Origin: an uncultured Bradymonadales bacterium
Lineage (GTDB): Bacteria > Myxococcota_A > Bradymonadia > JAFGEP01
Length of the DNA stretch: 64,000 bases
Reading direction: 5' to 3'
NCBI GenBank assembly: GCA_964503485.1
Contig: CAZDBH010000003.1
Location: 678-64,677 of the forward strand
Within the stretch, counting starts at the first letter, position 1; each line of letters opens with the position of its first letter. A program made the position numbers and the translations under genes. Below are positions 38,101-45,366 of the stretch, in pieces. Below the pieces are notes generated by a model. It saw only the letters and a program-made list of their open reading frames with translations. It was not told the origin of the DNA and searched no databases.

Positions 38101-38807
38101 CCGCCGACGATCCAACCCGCTCCGGCCTCGGCTGCCGCGAAGAGAGCGGAGCCGCCCGTCGGTTCGTAAATCGTACCAGTCGGCACGCCGCCGGATGTGA
38201 CCCGCTGCGCTTCTCCATTCAATCCGACAACAAGCCATTGGGTTCCGTTCCAGGCAGCGGCATTGACCGCGGTGCTGTTCAGCGCGGTCCGGGCAGGACC
38301 CACGTCGAAACTGGAGTCGATGCGGACAATCTGCCCTTTCGAACTCGTCACGAGCCAATCGGAACCACTCCAACTCGCACTGAGCGCATTGCCAGACTCG
38401 AACGGTGTGAGGCTCGAGTGGGTCCCTTGGAGACCGTCCTTGTCCAACTCTCCAACCGTGTTTTCATCTCCGAGGGCGAGTGCCGAGGCGTCGCCCCAGA
38501 TAACATCGTTTAGGGTCTCTTCACCCAGAGGTGGTGCCCAGGCGGATCCACCGTCGAGCGTCTCGAAACGCGTTGCGACTCCATCTTGCCCGACCACGAC
38601 GAACTGCGGCTGCGCTGCTAGGGCAGTGGGCAGAAGAAAGATGAGTGTGAATGGGAGCGCAAGGATCGAGTGTCGAAACTGAGTGGGGACTGTTTGGATG
38701 AGGCTACTGGAACCGTGCAAGAGTGCCCTCGTACGACGATGGAATAGGATCCCGTAGGGGCGCGGGCTGAGAAGAATCGAGGAGGCTAGAACTGACCTCC
38801 GAGCCAA
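35151..38807 (-). CDS. Giant secreted surface protein with N-terminal W-x-G propeller-like repeats, Cys-rich repeats (myxobacterial disulfide-repeat type), PKD-like domains and a MYXO-CTERM-like tail.
   Basis: Signal peptide, then eight or more copies of about 40 aa with [AV]xW[NT]G..[WF]L[IV][AV]G..G. A block of CxxGxCxxxxxxC / DxxCxxGxC repeats follows. PKD-like (IADPGPNQQV...LDG..S.DPDGD.L...W) and Ig-like domains come next. The terminal DCACS..FLIWMGLIAVGL-TRKKK is the MYXO-CTERM-like tail. Confidence 0.75.
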   Translation of the reverse strand: MARRSVLASSILLSPRPYGILFHRRTRALLHGSSSLIQTVPTQFRHSILALPFTLIFLLPTALAAQPQFVVVGQDGVATRFETLDGGSAWAPPLGEETLNDVIWGDASALALGDENTVGELDKDGLQGTHSSLTPFESGNALSASWSGSDWLVTSSKGQIVRIDSSFDVGPARTALNSTAVNAAAWNGTQWLVVGLNGEAQRVTSGGVPTGTIYEPTGGSALFAAAEAGAGWIVGGQGGSVCFVDASDEVGTCVETSFEVVTSILYNGTDWLIAGDTGFVQLLHEGGSIDDPVEVLDGWIHDLAFDGSESIVAVGDYGQFRLLSTSGVPTSEVGRALGGHSIHAATWTGVEWLLVGEFGAVSTVSDAGVADEPPVPLTVFSEQTRRTTVSWDGSLWLAASHRWTRQLVLEGPLVKEPADTELAEDVGATPILLFRGAGWLLASSNGQFVFLDDTGTPTSDPVSVFDGLTISSAAWNGREFLFGSTGAIRRADEYGELAVASISVFDGEAVQAVEWNGEEWLIAGCDAIQRVSAAGIPIGRLDAYAEILEGECTHALVWNGTNALAVGDGGGVQLLDAFGSRASAVNVALEGATVRSAAWTGSQFIVVGDHGNAQMVSSSGTPVGDAVNLLGWTQLTGVATTILLEEGLTCSDDRQCASSRCVDSICCVGCVVDGECYREDERPAEGECKICDPSVDETGWVPEVGAVCDDETFCTRNDTCDARGLCVGSGETDCSDLDDQCSVGVCNVRTDECERDASILNGESCSDGVFCNGAEICGSGVCRPGSAPTCEHLTDTCNLGVCNTTTDECEVDSDEFEGEDCDDGSYCNGADHCRSGVCTSGDEPVDCSSLDAECQRGSCDEMAESCVVAAVEVGHVCGDGLCSGRFADPPAICDIGGLCVRGTRTDCGEADCSGGVCEFECDDDDECPTAGFCRDGLCRPPNSPPIADPGPNQQVADQSLITLDGRRSFDPDGDELSFLWVQVSGPEVGSFDDEQAVVTLEAPDIGPGEQVTLEFELVVSDFLSDSDARVTAIDVQRFNNAQIPTAVITGPETGVPGELIVLDGRDSTSDDGELTHYWTPLEPEAVAIDDPSTEFITVLVPDLPDGSERTYILVVFDGSANSQPTSHTITIANRVGEDMGADVEDESDAVSIGGDADDLFSFDTGGYTPADDRTTPPSDCACSITAESPRGFLIWMGLIAVGLTRKKKGPRRLTRANL
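35161..35190 (+). terminator. Plus-strand intrinsic-terminator-like hairpin (GCCCTCGTC-AAAC-GACGAGGGC followed by CTTTTTTC) lying inside the last codons of the minus-strand adhesin gene.
   Basis: Perfect 9-bp GC-rich stem, 4-nt loop and a T-run on the plus strand only. It follows the small plus-strand ORF 34908-35156. Confidence 0.5.
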
Positions 38808-39859
38808 ACGCCGGCATCAGCGCCTCCTGGGTTGCCGATTCCCCAATCCCAGCAGACACCCGTGCAATCCGTTGTGTCGTCGCTAGCCCCACCTGCTGTG
38901 AGATACACGACCAGACCAGCTGCTACGCCGGCGATGCCTACGCCGTAGAGGATAAATGACAACGTCTTTGCACTGTCGAGGTCTTCTCTCAGCGAGTTGA
39001 ACTCGTCCTCGTCGCCCGCTGCTGCGGCTGCTTCATAGTCGTCAATGGTTCCGCCACCGGCGGCATCGTGAATGATCGCACCGAGAAGAACGGCACCGCC
39101 GACCCCAGTGATAACCAGTCCGAGAGTCCGTTGAGAGGCGCCGGCTGCTTCGAGGGCCTCCTCATTCTGTCTCTTGGTCTCTTCGCAAGCGGCTCGTGCT
39201 TCCTGGCAGCCGGTCGCGTCGACGCACTGTTCAGCGCGAACGAGGTCGCTTCGGGCCTCTTGTTTGATTCGTTCTTCGACGTCCGAGGCCTCGATGACCT
39301 GTGCGTTGAGGAACGTGATCGCGTCCTGACAGCGAGACAGGTGGTACAGAACGTCTGCATAGAGCATCCGCGCCTCTGGCTCGTCGCTGGATTCTCGCGC
39401 TTCAGCAATCAACTGCTCAGCCTCGGGTAGCTGCCCCGAGTTGATGGCGTTTTCGGCCGCTGTCAGAGCCGAGTCGTAGGCTTCAGCACACTCGGTCTGG
39501 CCTGGCTCGTGCTCTTCAGCTTGGCTCAACGCCTGAGTGTCTCCGCTGTTGAGGTACTGACGGAAGAACTGGCTGGCGGGCACACAGCGATCGGCCTGTT
39601 GGTAGGCTCGTGCAATATTGTAGAGCAGCACCGGTACCGCTTCGCAGTTGTAGGCTTGTTGAAGTACTTCAGCAGCTTCGAGGTAGCGATTGCTTCGGAA
39701 GTACTCCGCTCCTTGAGCGGCCAAGTCTTCTACGTTCTGGGTGCAGTCTTGAGCCCACGCATTTGAAGTCGCTAGTGATGTCAGCGTGATCAATGCGGTC
39801 ACGAGAACGCGTTTTGTTGTTCGTGTATTCATCAGCATCCACCTGGGCTCTTGGTCCAC
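38786..39859 (-). CDS. Secreted TPR-like repeat protein with C-terminal membrane-spanning segments.
   Basis: Signal peptide (LVTALITLTSLATSNAWAQD). TPR-like helices (YFRSNRYLEAAEVLQQAY, YNIARAYQQADRC). C-terminal hydrophobic segments (LGLVITGVGGAVLLGAII, FILYGVGIAGVAAGLVVYL). An alternative start is at 39838. The ORF-track frame overlaps the 3' end of the adhesin ORF by 22 nt. Confidence 0.5.
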   Translation of the reverse strand: MDQEPRWMLMNTRTTKRVLVTALITLTSLATSNAWAQDCTQNVEDLAAQGAEYFRSNRYLEAAEVLQQAYNCEAVPVLLYNIARAYQQADRCVPASQFFRQYLNSGDTQALSQAEEHEPGQTECAEAYDSALTAAENAINSGQLPEAEQLIAEARESSDEPEARMLYADVLYHLSRCQDAITFLNAQVIEASDVEERIKQEARSDLVRAEQCVDATGCQEARAACEETKRQNEEALEAAGASQRTLGLVITGVGGAVLLGAIIHDAAGGGTIDDYEAAAAAGDEDEFNSLREDLDSAKTLSFILYGVGIAGVAAGLVVYLTAGGASDDTTDCTGVCWDWGIGNPGGADAGVWLGGQF

Positions 39860-40305
39860 GTAACAGTGATGGGCGAGAGGACATCGTGTTCCGTACTGTC
39901 ATTGTTGTACGGCACGACCAGTAGCTCGTGGTCCTCCGGGTGGTCGGAGGCCAACGAGCACACCCTCACGTCGAGCTGGACTGAGGTCAGGGCGCGATCG
40001 CCTTGAACAATTGGCTCTCCGTCGATGTAGATCCTCACATGCCCCTGCGTTTCGACGTTTTCCCCTCCCGGGTCGACTAGCGAGAAATTCGTCGCCTCCA
40101 AACGTATTCGCAGAATATTCTCCACTGATTCGCCATCCGTTGGCGAAGTAACGGTCAGCTTTGGCGTTCCGTCGACGGTGCCGAGCTCGACGCCATCTGG
40201 ATCATAAGCAATCAAACAGCCAGACAGACCCAGAATTAAGGTGGTCAGTCCAAGCCATGCGATCAAGGAAAGCATCCGTGGTTTTCCGAACTGCCTCATA
40301 CCCAT
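39832..40305 (-). CDS. Lipoprotein of unknown function.
   Basis: Lipobox LILGLSGC after a basic n-region. 157 aa, beta-rich. Apparently co-operonic with the TPR protein. Confidence 0.5.
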   Translation of the reverse strand: MGMRQFGKPRMLSLIAWLGLTTLILGLSGCLIAYDPDGVELGTVDGTPKLTVTSPTDGESVENILRIRLEATNFSLVDPGGENVETQGHVRIYIDGEPIVQGDRALTSVQLDVRVCSLASDHPEDHELLVVPYNNDSTEHDVLSPITVTWTKSPGGC

Positions 40306-40632
40306 CCCGTCTCCCTGAGCGTTCTGGTCGACTCGGATTGTCCCGAGTGTCGAACCGAAAAAGAAAAAAACGTCTGTTAAATAACGACTATGACTTCATA
40401 CGTTCGGGGACTGTAACACAAGGCGATTCAGGCTTCCACAAATCCGGATTGTCTGTGTAAATCGGACGCCCGCCCCCAATCAGACCTCGGAAATCGCCTC
40501 CAAAATCGTGACGATCTCTGTGGGGCTTTGACCTGAGTCAGGAATTTGGTAATGCTGCTGGCCTGTTTTGACGTGGAACCTGCAGTACCGCCCTCCGCCG
40601 TGTTGCAGCATCAGATAACTCAAGGAGAGATT

Positions 40633-41316
40633 ATGAAAACTGGTCTTATCGCCGTGCTGTTCGTCTCGACCGCTATCGCGGGGGTCGCCTTCGCAGCCTC
40701 CGACTACCCGATTTCTGAAGATGTCGACGACGCGCGCGTTGCCCAAGACGTACCAGCGGTGGGAAGTGAAACCGCCGAAGACATTCTCGCCACGGTCCCC
40801 GGTGAAGGTCGGATTCACATGACTCTGACAACGTCCCTCGGCGCACTGCACTGCGTGATGTTCGACAACCTCGTGCCGAACACGGTGGCCAACTTCGTAG
40901 GTCTTGCCACGGGCATCAAAACCTTCGTCGACCCCGCGACCGGCGAACCGACCCGTCGTCGTTTCTACGATGGTCTGATTTTCCACCGAGTGATTCCTGA
41001 CTTCATGATTCAGGGTGGAGATCCACTCGGCAACGGCACGGGTGGACCCGGCTATCGCTTCAATGATGAGTTTCATCCCGAGCTGCGCCACGATCGTGGC
41101 GGACTCTTGTCCATGGCGAATTCGGGTCCCAACACCAATGGCAGCCAGTTCTTCGTCACAGAGCGGCCAACTCCGCACCTGGACAACCGTCACAGCGTCT
41201 TCGGCGCCTGCGACGAAATCGACCTGATTCGCACAATCGCTCGCGTACCGACGGGGCCCCGCGACAGGCCGCTGGAGCCAGTCACGATCGACTCCGTCGA
41301 GTTCGAGCGGCGCTGA
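40633..41316 (+). CDS. Peptidyl-prolyl cis-trans isomerase, cyclophilin type, secreted.
   Basis: AAGGAGAG RBS, then MKTGLIAVLFVSTAIAGVAFA as signal peptide. Cyclophilin motifs: FHRVIPDFMIQGGDP, GLLSMANSGPNTNGSQFF. Confidence 0.85.
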   Translation: MKTGLIAVLFVSTAIAGVAFAASDYPISEDVDDARVAQDVPAVGSETAEDILATVPGEGRIHMTLTTSLGALHCVMFDNLVPNTVANFVGLATGIKTFVDPATGEPTRRRFYDGLIFHRVIPDFMIQGGDPLGNGTGGPGYRFNDEFHPELRHDRGGLLSMANSGPNTNGSQFFVTERPTPHLDNRHSVFGACDEIDLIRTIARVPTGPRDRPLEPVTIDSVEFERR

Positions 41317-41324
41317 GCGAAACC

Positions 41325-41801
41325 ATGTCGAACGAACACGACGATAGCGAAGCCACCCACGCCCCAATTGACGGCGAAAGTGAAGCGGACCGGCAGGAAC
41401 GGGAACGCGACAGTTGGCTGAAAGAGCGCCTAGAGGGAATCGTTCCCGGAGTTGTCAAAAAGGCGATGCTGTCCGGGCTGGGTGCCATCGTCGTTACCGA
41501 AGAGACCATCCGAAGTGCTGTAACCGATGCCCCCAAAGAGGCGATGGGTTACGTCTTGTCACAGGCCGACAACACCAAAGACCAATTCCTCGGTCTAGTT
41601 GCCGCTGAGGTGCGTGATTTTCTTCGTGAGATGGACATCGAGACCACACTCGCCCGGGTCCTCTCTACGATGACCATGCAGATCAACACCGAGATCAAAT
41701 TCTCCCCAACCCAACCTGCAGATTCTGAGCAGGGTGACGTGGAACCGGAAGTGAAGACGGACGTCACTCTGAAGCGAACTCGGAAGAAAAAGAAGGACTG
41801 A
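41325..41801 (+). CDS. Hypothetical acidic/helical protein with a K-rich tail.
   Basis: 158 aa. Codon usage typical of the window. No recognised motif. Confidence 0.4.
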   Translation: MSNEHDDSEATHAPIDGESEADRQERERDSWLKERLEGIVPGVVKKAMLSGLGAIVVTEETIRSAVTDAPKEAMGYVLSQADNTKDQFLGLVAAEVRDFLREMDIETTLARVLSTMTMQINTEIKFSPTQPADSEQGDVEPEVKTDVTLKRTRKKKKD

Positions 41802-41803
41802 AC

Positions 41804-42181
41804 TCAGTCCTCCCCTTCCGGCAGCGCTTTGCACAATGCTTGCAGTTTCGAAGCCAGGCCTTGTTGCTCGTTTTCGATCGCCTCCAGGCGAGCAGCTATC
41901 GATCGGTGTAAGACCTCGCTCTGGTCGGATAGCTCCACAACGCGAGCAGTCGTCTCACTGACACGGGCTTGGAGGGCGGAAAACTCGGCTTTGACGAGGG
42001 CTCCGAGCCCAGCGGCAGCAGCTTCGAGTCGTTGAGTCGACTGTTCGATGGCCTGGCCCAACTCCCCACCGACTGCGGCCAGGGCGGCTGGGGTCGAACG
42101 ATTGGACTTCTTTAGGTGGTCCTCGATCTGAGCGAGTAGATCGAGTACCGACGCGACTATTCCTGATTCAGAGAGCTTCAT
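41804..42181 (-). CDS. Hypothetical coiled-coil protein.
   Basis: 125 aa, Ala/Leu/Glu-rich heptad-like. Convergent with 41325-41801. Confidence 0.4.
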   Translation of the reverse strand: MKLSESGIVASVLDLLAQIEDHLKKSNRSTPAALAAVGGELGQAIEQSTQRLEAAAAGLGALVKAEFSALQARVSETTARVVELSDQSEVLHRSIAARLEAIENEQQGLASKLQALCKALPEGED

Positions 42182-42378
42182 TGAACTGCCGGTATTGTGG
42201 GGACGACGTCGCTCACGAGAGTCTCGAGAAAACCCATCAGTTGGGCGTGTGCATCGTCGTTGTCGAAGATAACGAAGTGGCCGTCCTCGTTCTCAGCAGG
42301 TTGATACTGACCGATGGCCGCAGTAGCGGCGCCGTCGGCCACGTTCCCAGAGACGGGAGGGTCAATTTCTGGGCGGCC

Positions 42379-44667
42379 CTAGTCGTCGATAACTGGCCTC
42401 AGAATCGAGAGGCCCAGCACCCCCGAGAGCGCTTCTATCGAGCGATCGGGCGTGTAGGAATCGCCGATACCGAAGGTCTGAAACAGACTGGGAACGGCTG
42501 CCTCTTCAGGGCGCTGACGGATGATCCGGGCCGCGTAATTGAGTGGGTCGACCTGTTCGAAGTACATCTGGATCAGATTGAGAACAGGATGAAACTCGGA
42601 AGTGGACTCCTGCAGAACCAGACTGATACCGGAGGCGATATCGACCGGTTCGCTCTTTTCGAGCAGCGACAACAGAAGCCCCCCACCTGTTCCGCTGAGA
42701 ACGATAGCCGCGTAACTGTGGTCGGCTGCGGCCGCAATCGAACCGACGGTGCCTCCTTGCGAGTGACCAAAAAACACCAGGTTGGCTGGATTGAAGCGGA
42801 TAATGCCCGTGGTCGGTGAGTCGGCCCCAGCCACAGAAAAAGTCTCGGCAAATCGGCCATAGCTCAACACGTCGACTGCGCCTTGCAGCACGTTGCCGTG
42901 ACTGGCCCTGGGGTTGATGAAGTTGAAGAAGAGGCCGTCCGGTGGATCGGTCGAGTCGCCCCTGCGGTTGCCGTGCTGGACTCCGTCGTACCCGATCGTG
43001 GCGTATCCCATCTCGGACAACTCACTGCCAAGTTCGTCGACGTGGCCGCGGAAATTGCCCCCAGTCCCGTGGGCATAAACGACGACGGGCCAACCTTCAG
43101 CCGGCATGCTCGAGGTCTTCGGGACAGTGATCGTTGTACATACCGGCTCAGTGCGCTGCAGAATGGCGACTCCGCCGTCATCGAAGAGCAGTCCCCCGTC
43201 CTGTTCTAGATAGGGCGGTTCACCCACCTGAAAGACCGGAATCTCAACCGTGGTGTGAATCTCGAAGTGGTCTTCGCTTTCGGTGAAACAACCGCGGACA
43301 TGGTCTTCACCGTCCAATCCATCGTCGCATGGAGAAGTAGCGCCCTGACTGCAAAGCACGAGTTCGTCGTTCGTCGGCGGGTCCAACAGATCGAGTGCGG
43401 CCGAAATGCCATCGATCGGTTGGTCGGGATCGTCGATCGTGAAAACGGCCGCGGCCATGATGGTGCCTGAGGGTACGCCGACATCCAGGAGGTAAGTCCG
43501 CAGGGGGGCGTAGGCGTCCCATGCAGCGACCAGTTCTTGGTCCTCGGGCTCTCGCCCGTTCATCATGAGGGTAAAATCGTCTGACTGGACTGGCCGGTCG
43601 CCGTTTCGGCTGCGTATCCCATCAGTGATGATTGTGGCGTAAGTCGATCCGTGCTCGAAAGCCTGTGACCAAAGCGGTCGCACTGCTAGCCAGTTGTTGC
43701 AGATGAACGAACCGCGACCGTCGGTTGCCGACCAACTCAGCGATGTCCTGCGACCGTAGTTTCGGGATTCCGGAGTGATGTTGACCAGAGAGAGCACGGG
43801 GCTGTCGCCCGAGATGGTCACGCTGTCTGGATCGGGAAACTCATTGAAGCGAAAGAAGCCGGCTTGGTGGGTGCCAAACCCTGAGATATCGGCCTCGGCC
43901 TGCTCGATGAGTGTCTTGATGACATTGCCCACCACGTCGAGTTCTGGGCGTGGGTGCCCTGAAAGATCGACCCGACCGCCTGAGATGCGGATATCGTTTG
44001 GAAAGGGGAGTCGATAGAACTCCGTGACCTCTTCGTCCGAACGTGGAATTTCAAAAAACACTTGGAAATCACCGCCGTCTGGGATGCCTGGTGGCTCGCA
44101 CTCGATGGGTGTCACGAGCACCAACCCGCCGCCGGCTGCACCAGGTGTGCAGGCGGTTGCGTTCACCGTGGGATCGGGCTGAATGCATCCCAGGCCTGCT
44201 AGGCAATCAGCGGTCGATTCGCACTCGTCGCCCGAGTCGCCGATGCCAGGCTCTGCACAGACACCCACGAAGCCGCGCAGCTCACAGTAGAGTCCGGACA
44301 CACAATCACCGCTAGAATTGCAGGATTCGTCGATTTCGGATTCGCCCGCCTGAGCGCAGATACTGATCTCACTGCAGTACAGATCGTCTGCACACTCGCC
44401 ACTCAACGTGCAGCGACCGCCCTCGGGTTGGCTTCCCGTGGCAGTGCACAAGCCATCGTCGCAGCGGAGGCCGGTTCTGCAATCGCCGGCCACCGAACAG
44501 CTTTCGCCGACTCCTGCCCCTTCCGGCACTGCTGTAGGGGACTCTTCGCCTCCGAAAACAGCGTCGCAGCCGGCCATACAGAACAAGAAGGCACCGAGGC
44601 CGAAAAGCATCGCGGTGCGTTTTTTCCAGGCATGATGAGAACCGTTACTACGGTTTGATTGGTACAC
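42379..44667 (-). CDS. Secreted Cys-rich alpha/beta-hydrolase (lipase/esterase-like).
   Basis: Signal peptide, N-terminal CxxxxC-rich modules, then the nucleophile elbow FFGHSQGGTVGS and downstream Asp/His candidates. 762 aa. Confidence 0.6.
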   Translation of the reverse strand: MYQSNRSNGSHHAWKKRTAMLFGLGAFLFCMAGCDAVFGGEESPTAVPEGAGVGESCSVAGDCRTGLRCDDGLCTATGSQPEGGRCTLSGECADDLYCSEISICAQAGESEIDESCNSSGDCVSGLYCELRGFVGVCAEPGIGDSGDECESTADCLAGLGCIQPDPTVNATACTPGAAGGGLVLVTPIECEPPGIPDGGDFQVFFEIPRSDEEVTEFYRLPFPNDIRISGGRVDLSGHPRPELDVVGNVIKTLIEQAEADISGFGTHQAGFFRFNEFPDPDSVTISGDSPVLSLVNITPESRNYGRRTSLSWSATDGRGSFICNNWLAVRPLWSQAFEHGSTYATIITDGIRSRNGDRPVQSDDFTLMMNGREPEDQELVAAWDAYAPLRTYLLDVGVPSGTIMAAAVFTIDDPDQPIDGISAALDLLDPPTNDELVLCSQGATSPCDDGLDGEDHVRGCFTESEDHFEIHTTVEIPVFQVGEPPYLEQDGGLLFDDGGVAILQRTEPVCTTITVPKTSSMPAEGWPVVVYAHGTGGNFRGHVDELGSELSEMGYATIGYDGVQHGNRRGDSTDPPDGLFFNFINPRASHGNVLQGAVDVLSYGRFAETFSVAGADSPTTGIIRFNPANLVFFGHSQGGTVGSIAAAADHSYAAIVLSGTGGGLLLSLLEKSEPVDIASGISLVLQESTSEFHPVLNLIQMYFEQVDPLNYAARIIRQRPEEAAVPSLFQTFGIGDSYTPDRSIEALSGVLGLSILRPVIDD

Positions 44668-44687
44668 GGCTTCCTCTTTGCTTCGGG

Positions 44688-45356
44688 CTATCGGCTGAGG
44701 AATTTCATCGCCTGACCCAAAGTCGGCAATTCGTCCTCGTCTTCATCGTGGTCGATTTCCAAGACCTGATAGCCCAGTTTCGCTGCTGGGTCGAGGTCGG
44801 CTATTCGGTCGTTAGATACAACCAGTATCTCGTTGCGCTCCTCGACTTCGAGCTGGGTGGGCAACAGGTCGTAGAACCGCTGAGACGGTTTGTAGGCGCG
44901 GGCGAGATCGGTCGTCAGAAAGCGATCGAAACGACAGGATATTGTCGGCATGCACGGTCCCAAGGTGGCGCCGTCCAGCTGAGTCATTATCGCCGTGTCC
45001 AACTTTCGAGGCAGCAGGGCGACGAGCGAGGCATCTTCGTAGAGCGGCCAGCGCCTTACTGAATCGATCAGGTCGCGTTTCGTCCAGCCGGTCCATCGGA
45101 TGCCGTGGGTCTTGCAGACGTGTCGGAGCGTGAGCAAAGCGAGCTTGCTCCAAGGCTCGTAGCGTTTGTGCATCGCCCGCCACAGCAACTTTCGCCAAGC
45201 GAGCGCCATGCCTTCGAGATCCACATCAATCCGTTGCGCGCCGCATACCTTCACCAAGGCCTGCTGCATACCTGCCAGCTCGTCCATGAAGGTTCCAAAC
45301 CAACCAAAGATCACGATCTTGATGGGGCGGCGCTCGATGTGATTGAACCAGTCCAA
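44688..45356 (-). CDS. HAD-superfamily-like protein with a degenerate motif I.
   Basis: IKIVIFGWFGTF stands in place of the canonical hhhhDxDGT motif I, with the catalytic Asp absent. Motif III/IV-like VVSNDRIADLD is near the C-terminus. Confidence 0.45.
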   Translation of the reverse strand: MDWFNHIERRPIKIVIFGWFGTFMDELAGMQQALVKVCGAQRIDVDLEGMALAWRKLLWRAMHKRYEPWSKLALLTLRHVCKTHGIRWTGWTKRDLIDSVRRWPLYEDASLVALLPRKLDTAIMTQLDGATLGPCMPTISCRFDRFLTTDLARAYKPSQRFYDLLPTQLEVEERNEILVVSNDRIADLDPAAKLGYQVLEIDHDEDEDELPTLGQAMKFLSR

Positions 45357-45366
45357 AGTGCCTACC

